Origin: Porphyridium purpureum
Taxonomy: Eukaryota
DNA length: 64,000 nucleotides
Direction of reading: 5' to 3'
Assembly (NCBI GenBank): GCA_008690995.1
Contig: VRMN01000003.1
Coordinates: 1,612,001 to 1,676,000, forward strand
Below, in pieces: positions 24,126 to 33,600 of the stretch. How positions within the stretch are numbered: position 1 is the stretch's first letter; each line of letters starts with the position of its first letter. Both the position numbers and the translations under genes were made by a program. The notes beneath the pieces are model-generated. The model was not told the DNA's origin and searched no databases. It saw only the letters and a list, made by a program, of their open reading frames with translations.

Positions 24126-25043
24126 GATTGGCGTTTGCAAGTCTGGCCCAGATGCTGACTCCAACTTCGACCCACCTTTCTTGCCTCCCCTTCTGCGCGA
24201 GCTCTACTGCCATCGCAACGATCTGGTGCACACCGACTGTCTGGCACACGCGCGATTTTATATATCCGTGAAGCGCGAAGGTCAGAAGCCAATTCGACGG
24301 CGCTTTCTCGCCAAGGTGGGGCACAGAAGGAAGAGAGCGTGTCCTGTCTGAATCCGGCCAAATCTGCAGAATCACACGACTGCGCAACCTTACTTGTCAT
24401 GGTGACTTTCGAATTTCGCGTATTATGTCGCTTCGGTGCTCGTGCGCTGCGGGGTATCAAGCCTCTGCGCCAACCATGGTGTTCGATTTCGGCATGCACC
24501 CATTCACCCACCCACAACCACATCTGCATACAATCACTCCCCCTACTTTTCGGGACGGGTTTATTCTCACGAGCTCGCGTCTGATTTTGTGGTCGTTTTT
24601 CTTTTTTGGTTTTGAATTCGGCGCACAGATTATTGACAAGAATACTAGCTGGCTGGTCCAGGTCACGCGCGTCGCACGAACTCTTTGCATGCGGAACCTG
24701 TCCAATGGTCATTACACTGCGTGGTGCGCGGCGCTCTCTGTCGCAAGGTGCAGGGTTAAGCGGCTCAACCGCGGCAAAAGCGGCAAAAGCAGCGGGTGCA
24801 TGATCGAAACGCAACCTGTGCCTTGCCGGCATCGGATCGCGACGATGCTTTACGTACCTGTTTGGTGGAATAAGAAAAAAGCAGCAGCGGAGTTGGGGAG
24901 CATGGAAGTGCGATAGCGTGGCAGCAATGATTCTAAACCGCATGTGATCCGGATCAAGCAGAAAATCCGCGCGACGGCGACGGTCGGGTTCAGTGTTACG
25001 GCAAAGGTGGACATGCCCTTGCAGACACAAACGGCTCCACTTT

Positions 25044-26924
25044 CTATTTACTGGACTTCCCGTTGCTCTTGATCCCTGTATCACGGACCGGAACAATCTC
25101 CCAATCGAGCAAGTCGGCGCGGAACTCGACGCGGTTCTTCTTCCTTCCCAATTTCTTCCCTCTTTGTTGCTCCTGGGCTTGGTATAAGCTCGCGAGCGCA
25201 TCGTCCACGGCCTTGTTGGTGCAGTTGATTGTGTATTCGCCGCGCCAATGAGTGAGTAAGTTGTAGGTCTTCAGCGTCGAGATCACATCCGTCTGCTGGA
25301 TGCCGCTGAGACTACAGAGTTCGGCAAGTGTCATGGGCGCATTGCGTCGACGCTTGAGGCACATAAGCAGATGCTCCGCCCAGTAGTTCTTGTACAGCAC
25401 CAAGCCAAGATCGCTCAGCGGCGTTTCCGGAGCTCCGATCTTGCGCTCACGGCGAGTCAGCTCGTAGCTGAGCGCCACCATGAACTTGCCGTAGCCCTTG
25501 GACTGGTGCGGAGGCAGCGTCAGGATACATGCGAGATTGAAAGGACTCATAACAACAGGCTTCTCCTTGCTGAAAAAGCCAACGAGGTTATAAGCTTGCG
25601 ATGCGCCGACATCCACTGTTTGTTCACTACTGCAAGGACTGTTGCCGCTGCCGTCGCGGGTCATATCTACTTCACAGACAACGTAAAACAAGAACGCACC
25701 CACGTCAAAGTATAGCGTCTTGTGGTCCAGGAAAAGCTTGGCCAGAAGACATAAATTCTGGCAGTACAGAGCCGAAAGTGTTCCGTCCACTTCATACACA
25801 CGGAGAGCGACCGACTGTGGCCCAGAGCCAGAGCCCGTGCTCGGGCTGTTTTTCACCGCATCGGCATCGTTCGAGCTTGCCGCAGCCGCACTCTGTGAGG
25901 ATGCCAATGAGCCACCGGGATCACCAAGCAACGCCCCTGGCATCGTATTATCTTCTACTGTCCCCGCAAACGGCTGATCGTCGTGATAAACCAAAATTCC
26001 AGGCGGGTGTATTTGCTTGCATCGAGAAGAGTGTGCCACGAATGCCTGTTCAGTCTGGTAATACTTGAGGCACTTTGGACAAATGTGCAGACAATCCACA
26101 AGAACAAGTTGGGAGCCTTGCCCATCTACCTGGATGCAATCGTCGGCGTCTTCTACGCTGAGCGGGTACGGCGAGAAATACCAGGCATCAATTTCATATT
26201 CGCCAAAGCTAATGACACGGATATTTTTTACCTTTGTCTTTTGCTCGCGCAGCTTCTCCAGCTCCGCCAATGCCTCTGTTTCGACTTTAGTCAGGCCTTG
26301 TGCACCTGACGTCAACTGGACCTCTCGCCCAGCGCTGTGCCTCCTTTTGCGAGCGGAAGTTGTCACGGTATCGTCTCCGTTCTCACGGACTCGCACACGA
26401 ACGGCGTGCTCAGTCCCGGGCTCACACGCCCGTACAACACAGTAGCACACCCACCGGTCCAGGCGGCGATCCGAATCGAGAATATGAACGTAGTACTCTG
26501 GTACGTCGGGGCCGGCGTCGCTCGAATCTTCCCGCAAAGCCCTGATACGCTTTGCGATGATCTTTGCTTGTACCCACGCGACCTGCGACGACGCAGGCGA
26601 ACTTGGGCTTTGCACGGCGTCCGCAGAGTCACCTCCATGCCTACCAGCTCCGCCATTCTGCTCCCGATTCGCGGAGCTAGTGGCCACCTGCACGCGCACA
26701 ATTTGGTCTACATCAAACCCAGAGGAGAAGCCTCCCGCTCCGCCACGATCATCCTTTGTCGTAGGCTGCGTTTCTTCCTCAGCACTAGCGGAGGCAACAC
26801 TTTTCGCGCGCTTCAATGTCGGAGTGGCTCCTTCTTCTCCTCTGACGCTCCTGGCGTTCTCGCGCAACACCCAAGCGCAGGACGGAACATGCGCCGCCAT
26901 GACTGCCGGCTGTGCTTCGTCCAT
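25044..26924 (-). CDS. MYST-family histone acetyltransferase (Esa1/MOF/HAM-like)
   Basis: Tudor-knot YYVHILDSDRRLDRWV, EIDAWYFSPYP, C2HC finger, YCQNLCLLAKLFLDHKTLYFDV, NLACILTLPPHQSKGYG, APETPLSDLG. ATG 26924. Confidence 0.95.
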   Translation of the reverse strand: MDEAQPAVMAAHVPSCAWVLRENARSVRGEEGATPTLKRAKSVASASAEEETQPTTKDDRGGAGGFSSGFDVDQIVRVQVATSSANREQNGGAGRHGGDSADAVQSPSSPASSQVAWVQAKIIAKRIRALREDSSDAGPDVPEYYVHILDSDRRLDRWVCYCVVRACEPGTEHAVRVRVRENGDDTVTTSARKRRHSAGREVQLTSGAQGLTKVETEALAELEKLREQKTKVKNIRVISFGEYEIDAWYFSPYPLSVEDADDCIQVDGQGSQLVLVDCLHICPKCLKYYQTEQAFVAHSSRCKQIHPPGILVYHDDQPFAGTVEDNTMPGALLGDPGGSLASSQSAAAASSNDADAVKNSPSTGSGSGPQSVALRVYEVDGTLSALYCQNLCLLAKLFLDHKTLYFDVGAFLFYVVCEVDMTRDGSGNSPCSSEQTVDVGASQAYNLVGFFSKEKPVVMSPFNLACILTLPPHQSKGYGKFMVALSYELTRRERKIGAPETPLSDLGLVLYKNYWAEHLLMCLKRRRNAPMTLAELCSLSGIQQTDVISTLKTYNLLTHWRGEYTINCTNKAVDDALASLYQAQEQQRGKKLGRKKNRVEFRADLLDWEIVPVRDTGIKSNGKSSK

Positions 26925-27163
26925 CTTGCGTCGCGGAATCCTGCATGTCGCGCCGAATACGTCGTCAGCAACACGCCCAACCAAGTCACACACGCCTGCG
27001 TTCGTGACGCCAGCAAGACCTGAAGACCAAAAAAAATGTGGTGCAGCTCAAACGGTTAAACGGTTCCAAGCGCAAGAAACCGTTTCAAGCCGCTGTCGGA
27101 TGCAGGTTTCGCGAAGGCTTGGGGTCGGGCGAGTGAAGTGGTTGAACGCGCGGACGGAAACGA

Positions 27164-28825
27164 ATGGCGGAAGCACGAGAATGCGGCACATCTGCGTCCT
27201 TGGCAGACCAGTTCATGCAAGATATTGACTCTGGCTCTGGGTCTGATGGAGAGGCTGCTGGAAGCGGCGTCGGAGGTTTGGCAAGTAAGGATGATGGACC
27301 GCGGACACGTGACACGGCGTCGGTCGATTTGCACCAGGATGCGCGTTCTTCTGGGACCTGGTCAGGTGCCTATGAGAGACCGGAAGAGCTGGAAAGAAGG
27401 GCGCATGATTTGGGTACTCGTGTGCGAGAAGCATTGCTGACGGTACGTGGAACGCAGGCTCATGCACCGCGTAGCACAGCCAGCGACAGCCGCGGCTCAA
27501 TGTCATTACTCGATTTGCTTTCCGACTGTGTCGCGTTATCAGCATTGGTGCAGGCTCAGCAGCAAGCCCTTCGAGTAGAGCTTCAAGAAGTGTATGCCTC
27601 GTGCCTTCCAGAGCTTCTTACATTCTCATTCAACCCAATCGAGCTGGCACACGTCGTCCGCGTGCTCGCCAACGCACCCGCAGAGCGATGCCGCAGTGGC
27701 CAGAAAGATCTTGAGCAGCGTTTGGCGCCATCTGTCTGTGTGGCGCTTTCGATCGCTGCGTCATCTACGGCCGGTGACTCCTTGACGCAACCGCAGCTGA
27801 AGCATTGTTTCGAGCTAGCCGACGGAATTGAGCGTCTCGACGTGACTCATGCACAGGTTGTGAGTTTGGTTGCGAGCACGGCAGAGGTTTTGGCTCCCAA
27901 TTGCGTAGCACTGCTGGCATCTGCTTCGCTTGTGGCATCACTTCTTTCCTTGGCAGGCTCGCTGCAACAACTAGCCTGTATGCCGTCGTGTAACGTGCAA
28001 GTTCTAGGAGCCACGAAAAATGCCCTACACGGCCGCGCGTCAAACCAGGCCCCCTTGCATGAAGGATTAATTTACAAGTGCGACTTGGTGGACAGCGTAC
28101 CCGCAGAGCAGCGCCAAAAGTGTGCGCGGGTAGTGGCAGCGAAACTGACACTCGCTGCACGGATTGACCAAGGTATGCGCACTGGGGCCGACGCCAGTAC
28201 CAGCGAGAACGAAGCGGCTTTGCACGGTGCTTTTGGTGCTCGTTACCGCTCTGATATTGAAGCTAAGATTGAGGCATGGCTGGCTCCCCTGCAGATGAAG
28301 AGGAAAAAACCCTTGCCCGTCCCGGATGCAGGTCAGGTCAAGAAGAAGCACCGCGGCGGCCGCCGAGCACGCAAGTACAAAGAGGCGATGGGAATGACTG
28401 AGATGCGGAGAGAAGCGAACCGCATACCCTTCGGCGGGGACGGCTCGTCATGGTACGGACTAGGCACCGTTGACGACGATGATGACGGCGAAGGCGGGCT
28501 TGGCGTGCTTGTGTCTGGAAGCGATTCGAAAAATGTACGAGCGCTTCGCAGTAATCTTGCGACAAAAAACTCGGTTCTAAAAGCAGCAAATCGTCGTTTG
28601 AACCAGAGCGGCGTCGCGCCGCAGAAATCTGCCACCAGACAGCTAGATCTGCTAAGTTCCGGTGAACCTCATCATGCAGCGACATTTGGAGGGATTCAGC
28701 TTCGCCAAACGACACCTGCACCCAGTGGAAGTGTTCATACTGCTTCGGACTCCTCCCGAAACAATGTGAATGGCACGTACTTCCCCGCCACTTTTTCATG
28801 GAAAGTAAAACACGGAACAATTTGA
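27164..28825 (+). CDS. PRP31: U4/U6 snRNP protein Prp31
   Basis: LADQFMQDI N-terminus, Nop domain (LAPNC, LACMPSCNVQVLG, KLTLAARID), C-terminal KKHRGGRRARKYKEAMGMTEMRREANRIPFG. Confidence 0.9.
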   Translation: MAEARECGTSASLADQFMQDIDSGSGSDGEAAGSGVGGLASKDDGPRTRDTASVDLHQDARSSGTWSGAYERPEELERRAHDLGTRVREALLTVRGTQAHAPRSTASDSRGSMSLLDLLSDCVALSALVQAQQQALRVELQEVYASCLPELLTFSFNPIELAHVVRVLANAPAERCRSGQKDLEQRLAPSVCVALSIAASSTAGDSLTQPQLKHCFELADGIERLDVTHAQVVSLVASTAEVLAPNCVALLASASLVASLLSLAGSLQQLACMPSCNVQVLGATKNALHGRASNQAPLHEGLIYKCDLVDSVPAEQRQKCARVVAAKLTLAARIDQGMRTGADASTSENEAALHGAFGARYRSDIEAKIEAWLAPLQMKRKKPLPVPDAGQVKKKHRGGRRARKYKEAMGMTEMRREANRIPFGGDGSSWYGLGTVDDDDDGEGGLGVLVSGSDSKNVRALRSNLATKNSVLKAANRRLNQSGVAPQKSATRQLDLLSSGEPHHAATFGGIQLRQTTPAPSGSVHTASDSSRNNVNGTYFPATFSWKVKHGTI

Positions 28826-28867
28826 CAGACGTTGACGTTCGATGTGGTAGAAGGAGAAGCCGGGAGG

Positions 28868-29590
28868 ATGGTGTGGATTCGCGTGGAGGGTAAAGTTCAG
28901 GAGGTACTGGCTCGAGCTGCTGAGCTCGAGCCGGCGGGAGGCGGAAACGCGGCTGGGTCGAGCGGAACGGAAGAGAAGGGCGCGTGCGCAGGTACAGGCG
29001 CCAACTCGGATGCGAACGTCATCGTAACCAGAAACCATGTGCAGTATGTGACGCATCGAGCGTTGTACAATGCCTGCGACGCACTCGTGCAAGCGCTCGC
29101 GCGGGATGGCGGCGATCACTCTTCGTACAGCTTTGAGAAGGTGCTCGCCGAGGACACTAGTCGCTTGGAATTCGAGCTCCCGGTCGAGAAAGCACCGCGG
29201 AGTGCGGAACTCGACCGGCGGCTACGGCAAATTGAGATTCGCGCGCAGAACCAGGCATATGCCAAGATGGTTGGCGACGTGGCCCCCGCATTTGCGATGC
29301 AGGCGCAGCTTGGCGAGAACGCATCCGCGAGCGCGTTTGTGTCCAGTCTGCGCAGTCAGACCAGCATGGGCGGGAATGTCATCGCAACCATGCTCACGTG
29401 TTTTGGTGTGGGTTTCTTCTTAGCCCAAGCCTACTACGGCCTTGACCACCCGTTTGCCAAGTATGTAGGGGGAGCTGTCGGACTGAGCATTGGCCTGTTC
29501 CTTGACGCGATTCTTGTGATGGCCCGTGTGCACACGATTGACAAAGCAGTGGAAAAGTCCAAGAATGTGAAGAAAGGCAAGCGTGAGTAA
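28868..29590 (+). CDS. V-ATPase assembly factor TMEM199/Vma12-like
   Basis: PRSAELDRRLRQI...NQAYAKMVGDV motif followed by two TM helices and a basic C-tail. ATG 28868. Confidence 0.8.
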   Translation: MVWIRVEGKVQEVLARAAELEPAGGGNAAGSSGTEEKGACAGTGANSDANVIVTRNHVQYVTHRALYNACDALVQALARDGGDHSSYSFEKVLAEDTSRLEFELPVEKAPRSAELDRRLRQIEIRAQNQAYAKMVGDVAPAFAMQAQLGENASASAFVSSLRSQTSMGGNVIATMLTCFGVGFFLAQAYYGLDHPFAKYVGGAVGLSIGLFLDAILVMARVHTIDKAVEKSKNVKKGKRE

Positions 29591-29750
29591 CGCTCTCGTG
29601 GTTTCTTATTTTCACACCTGGTCTTCCCAACAGTCATACGCGAGCAGTTTTATTTTTGCCAATTTGTAGTCCATTCTCCAGCATTTCCAGAGAACGGAGC
29701 TTCTACTCACCTCAGCGCCTCACGAGGCTTGCCGACACATGAGGGCGGGC

Positions 29751-30812
29751 CTACTTGAAACGCTTCGAGAACCAGCTCTTGAACAGAAGAGAGCCGAATA
29801 CGCCAATCGTTGCCACCCACTGCCACGGAGTGAGCGAATGGCGGAACAACAGGTTGGAAACAATAACGGATAAGAGCTGGCGGATCGTCATGATCGTGGC
29901 GTACAACAGGGCGCCAAAATTTTTGATCGTGTACGAAATGCAGAACTGGCCGCTGACCGCACTGAAACTCAGAATAAGTGCGTCGTACAGGACCTGCGGA
30001 TGCTTGGTCAGGAAGGCAAGCGTGCTCATGATCTGGCCCGATAACGCGGAGAACACGATCGACATCACCGCCGAGCATCCATTGACGTACAACATCTGGT
30101 TGTACATGGTCATCTCGTAAGAGGCAAACAGCTTCTCCTGGAAGGTCGAAGTAAAGCCGTCAAAGCCTAGATACCCAGCCATGAGCGCCATGCCATACAG
30201 CGAGCTGTTGGCTGCGCCCTTCTTCGCCACGATATTCCCCGTGAGGGTGAATGCAGTGCACCCCAGCGCCACGCACACAGCCACGGCGTAGTCTACAATT
30301 GTATACTTCTTGGCGCTGATAAAGGTTCCCCAGATCATGACGGGCACCATCTTGCCGCACTTGAACAGCGTCTGCGTCGGAAACGTCACGTGTTTGAGCG
30401 CCTCGTACTGGCACGTGGTGGCAACGACGTTCGACACCGATACCATAAAATACTTGTAGAGGGGTGCGGTATTTTTGAGCTGGCTGTACTCCTTCTGTGC
30501 GATCAGGATCATGGCGGCGACAAAGCCAGCCGCGAATCGATTGTTCAGCACCAGAAAGAACGAGTTCTTGAACATCTCGCCCCCATTCCCTTCAGAGTCC
30601 ACTCCATACGGCTTGGTCATAATCTTCTCCTGCAGCACACCATACACCATCAACGACCCGATGATCCCAAACGTCATGGCCAGCTGCGCGGGCGAGGGCA
30701 ACAGCGCCCAAATCCCCGTGGGCTCCGCCACCACTTCTGCGGGCTTCGACTCATCGTCTGCCACTTTGGGCATCACGTCGCCTGCAGCCTCCTTCACTGA
30801 CGGATCTCCCAT
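29751..30812 (-). CDS. UAA-family nucleotide-sugar/PAPS transporter (SLC35B2/UTR5-like)
   Basis: YGVLQEKIMTKPY, FLVLNNR, CQYEALKHVTFPTQTLFKCGKMVPVMIWG, DGFTSTFQEKLF, GQFCISYTIKNFGAL. Confidence 0.92.
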   Translation of the reverse strand: MGDPSVKEAAGDVMPKVADDESKPAEVVAEPTGIWALLPSPAQLAMTFGIIGSLMVYGVLQEKIMTKPYGVDSEGNGGEMFKNSFFLVLNNRFAAGFVAAMILIAQKEYSQLKNTAPLYKYFMVSVSNVVATTCQYEALKHVTFPTQTLFKCGKMVPVMIWGTFISAKKYTIVDYAVAVCVALGCTAFTLTGNIVAKKGAANSSLYGMALMAGYLGFDGFTSTFQEKLFASYEMTMYNQMLYVNGCSAVMSIVFSALSGQIMSTLAFLTKHPQVLYDALILSFSAVSGQFCISYTIKNFGALLYATIMTIRQLLSVIVSNLLFRHSLTPWQWVATIGVFGSLLFKSWFSKRFK

Positions 30813-31131
30813 ACTCTTTCCCGCCTTCCTCTCCCCAAATCTCGCTCCACTCTTTCCTCCTCCCGCACGCTTGCTACCCCCTGTTTACGAAAACTGGTTT
30901 CAATTTTTGTGTGGCTGAACATCGCGTGTCCTGTGCAGTTTAGTGACCGATCGAAGATCGAAACATGGTGTTGGGGGAAAGTGCAGAAATTTCCGAGAGC
31001 CTACTTTTATCCTGCCAGTGCCATGTCTTGAGAAGGCCCCCGGTTTTGAATGAGAACATTGGCTCAAGTGGCCAGGCACTCGGATACATCAGTAGACTGC
31101 AGCAGTCCTACACTGATGACTAATGCAAAAT

Positions 31132-33195
31132 CTACCGTCTTTCGGTGCTTCTTCGATGTTCCTGAAGTCGATCGATTAGTTCCGCTTTGGGGCCTGAAAG
31201 GCGAAGTCGGAATGCTCGGCAAAGTTCCTTGATCTCGCCGATCGTCAAGCTTTCAAACTCGGCATTTTCCCACGCGTCACGCAGTTTGGGGTTCGCGTCC
31301 ACTTCCTCTCTCTTGCGCTTTCGATCCTGCTCTTCGCGCTTTGCAGACTCTCTCTTCTTCCTCTCCCTCTCCGATTCCAATGCCCTATCCACATTGAAAT
31401 CATCGCCAAACAATTCGCTACCTAATCTGCGGAGCAATGTTCCACATGCCTTCTCCATTTCGTCAGCCGCGAGCGCAATCGCATCGGTGATCTCAAGTTC
31501 TGGAGCATCGTCTCCTAAGGCCTTCCTTTCTAGCTTTTCAAAGAAACGCTGCAGCTCAGGATTCGACTCATCCAAAAAGTCGTATCCAGGATCTGCGCAT
31601 GCAGATAGCAAGTCCGCCGTCATTTGCCGGACTCCACGATGACCTGCGTGGTCGCTCTGAGAGGACGACACGCTCTGCAGGGCACCGCGAACCAACGAGC
31701 TGTCGAAGCTTTGTAAAGTTTCGACATTGTTCTTCAGGCCATCACGAAATGGTAGTTCAATAAGATGGAAGCCCCCCGCGACGCTGACTCTGTTCAACCG
31801 ATCAAGTGTCTGAGCTTGCGGAATCAGAGCGCATATTTGAACCTGCTTGCGGCTCGAAAGTACGATTGCAGCCTTGTTCTTTCGTAGCATACTGTCCAAC
31901 AGACACACAAACATTTCGCCTGACGACCTTGCATGATGCTCAGCAAGGGTGAGAAAAGTTGGCGGAGTGATCATGTACGACAGCTTGACCTTCTCTACTG
32001 AGACAAAGCCCATCAGCTTGATACACTTCTCTGCAACTAATGTTTCCATCCTCACCACTTCTGCGTGAGTAAAAGGTGCCAAAACATTTGCAAAGCGGTA
32101 GGCAGGCATCAGCTCCGATTCGTGAACGACTCTGGCAGTATCCCGAGATCGCCATCTAAGAACCTTAAATACAGGCTGCTTTGTCGTCCAATGGATGTAT
32201 TTCTTAGCCGGTCGTCGTGCCTTGCGGAGCAAGCAGAATGCCTCGAGATCTACGAACACCTCGTCGTTCACATAGAAGCGAAAGCGGCTGTGCGTACGTT
32301 TCGTCATCTCGAGCTTTCGAATGCCATCCAGCAGGCCCCGAGAATCATTGAACTCGGCAAACGACAGCGCGGGCAGCAACTCTGTTTCATCTTCGCTTTG
32401 AGCAATCGAAGACTCGTCCAATCGGTGTTTAGAGAAAACACGAGTCCAGAACTTGTCCCGGTCGAAGGTTTGCTTGGAATTGCCGTCATGAAAGTGGTGA
32501 ACGCGCACCGAGCGACGACCTGCTGACAACATTGATGCGTGGGACTGACAGGCACGGATTAGTCGGCTGCTTCCCCGGCACGGATCATCGTCGTCAGTGA
32601 AAAAAACCACATGCTGGTTGTACCTTCCGGATTCGCGCCCCATTGGTGCCTTCTGGAGCTGGCACTTGTTAAGCACGCGTTCGAAATTGGCATGCTGGAA
32701 CGCCTGTTTTCCAGTACGCAAAGGCCGTAGCCACTCAGACTCCTGACTCAAATTGGTGGCTAAATGCTCCACTTTCAAAATGCGCTGCACGGTGGTTTTA
32801 TCAAGCTCCAGCAGAACGTGCGTGTTCCGAAACGCATCGCTCTGCCTTCCCTTTTCGTTCGTGCCGTACAACAAGACGCCGTACAAGTCCGCTTCGTGCT
32901 CGATGACACGCTTGCGGAGCGTTTCGGCAACACATTGCAGCGCAACTTTCACTTGATGGTCGCGGATGTTTTGACACTTCCTCCCGACGCCGCTCATGTC
33001 TACAACAAACAGAATCGAGCTATGCACTGGCTCCGCATGCTCGGCGTACCTACCTCGCTGTTTGCTGATCCAAACGCTGCGATCATTTCGGCTGACCACG
33101 TTTCGGCGACTCTGGAACAACGCTGCCTCACTGTCTGTTGAATCTCCGGCCGAGGAATCCAGGCCTGAGGCCGAGTCCGAAACGTCACGTTCCAT
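31132..33195 (-). CDS. KU70: Ku70 (XRCC6) DNA end-binding protein
   Basis: vWA (ILFVVDMS, GVLLYGT, FFTDDDDP), core (IKLMGF, GFHLIELPFRD, NPELQRFF), C-terminal SAP domain (LTIGEIKELCRAFRLRLSGPKAELIDRL). ATG 33195. Confidence 0.9.
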   Translation of the reverse strand: MERDVSDSASGLDSSAGDSTDSEAALFQSRRNVVSRNDRSVWISKQRGRYAEHAEPVHSSILFVVDMSGVGRKCQNIRDHQVKVALQCVAETLRKRVIEHEADLYGVLLYGTNEKGRQSDAFRNTHVLLELDKTTVQRILKVEHLATNLSQESEWLRPLRTGKQAFQHANFERVLNKCQLQKAPMGRESGRYNQHVVFFTDDDDPCRGSSRLIRACQSHASMLSAGRRSVRVHHFHDGNSKQTFDRDKFWTRVFSKHRLDESSIAQSEDETELLPALSFAEFNDSRGLLDGIRKLEMTKRTHSRFRFYVNDEVFVDLEAFCLLRKARRPAKKYIHWTTKQPVFKVLRWRSRDTARVVHESELMPAYRFANVLAPFTHAEVVRMETLVAEKCIKLMGFVSVEKVKLSYMITPPTFLTLAEHHARSSGEMFVCLLDSMLRKNKAAIVLSSRKQVQICALIPQAQTLDRLNRVSVAGGFHLIELPFRDGLKNNVETLQSFDSSLVRGALQSVSSSQSDHAGHRGVRQMTADLLSACADPGYDFLDESNPELQRFFEKLERKALGDDAPELEITDAIALAADEMEKACGTLLRRLGSELFGDDFNVDRALESERERKKRESAKREEQDRKRKREEVDANPKLRDAWENAEFESLTIGEIKELCRAFRLRLSGPKAELIDRLQEHRRSTERR

Positions 33196-33600
33196 GGCGT
33201 GGCATTCTCTTAGACCCGTTAGACCAGGATCACATTGACCCACCCGCCTTATTCAAGTTGCAACTGCAGGAGCAGAACACGGCTCCGACGAGCTCCCAAT
33301 TCAGAACAGTTCGCCTTGTGCACGCGCCGTGATCCGGCTAAGTGGATGGAATTGAAGGATACGAAATTCCTCGTTGAGATCTTGCCCGCTTTTACGTTGC
33401 CGCAGGCGTCTACCACGCTCACACTCTGAAGGCGAGGATGCTGCCACGTGGCGTTCGAAGTTGGCTGCTGCCTGACCGGCCCAAGTTTCCTGAGCAAGGA
33501 TGACCGTCGTTGCTCTGGCAACAGAGTGATGATGGATTATCATCTTCATCGAGTGGGCGGGCAAGGTGATTTTGACACCAAGAGTCCAAGTTGTTTACTG

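Noticed and set aside
24122..25201. 359-aa minus-strand ORF
   Set aside because: Overlaps the MYST 3' end out of frame and the kinase promoter; Arg-rich with no motifs.
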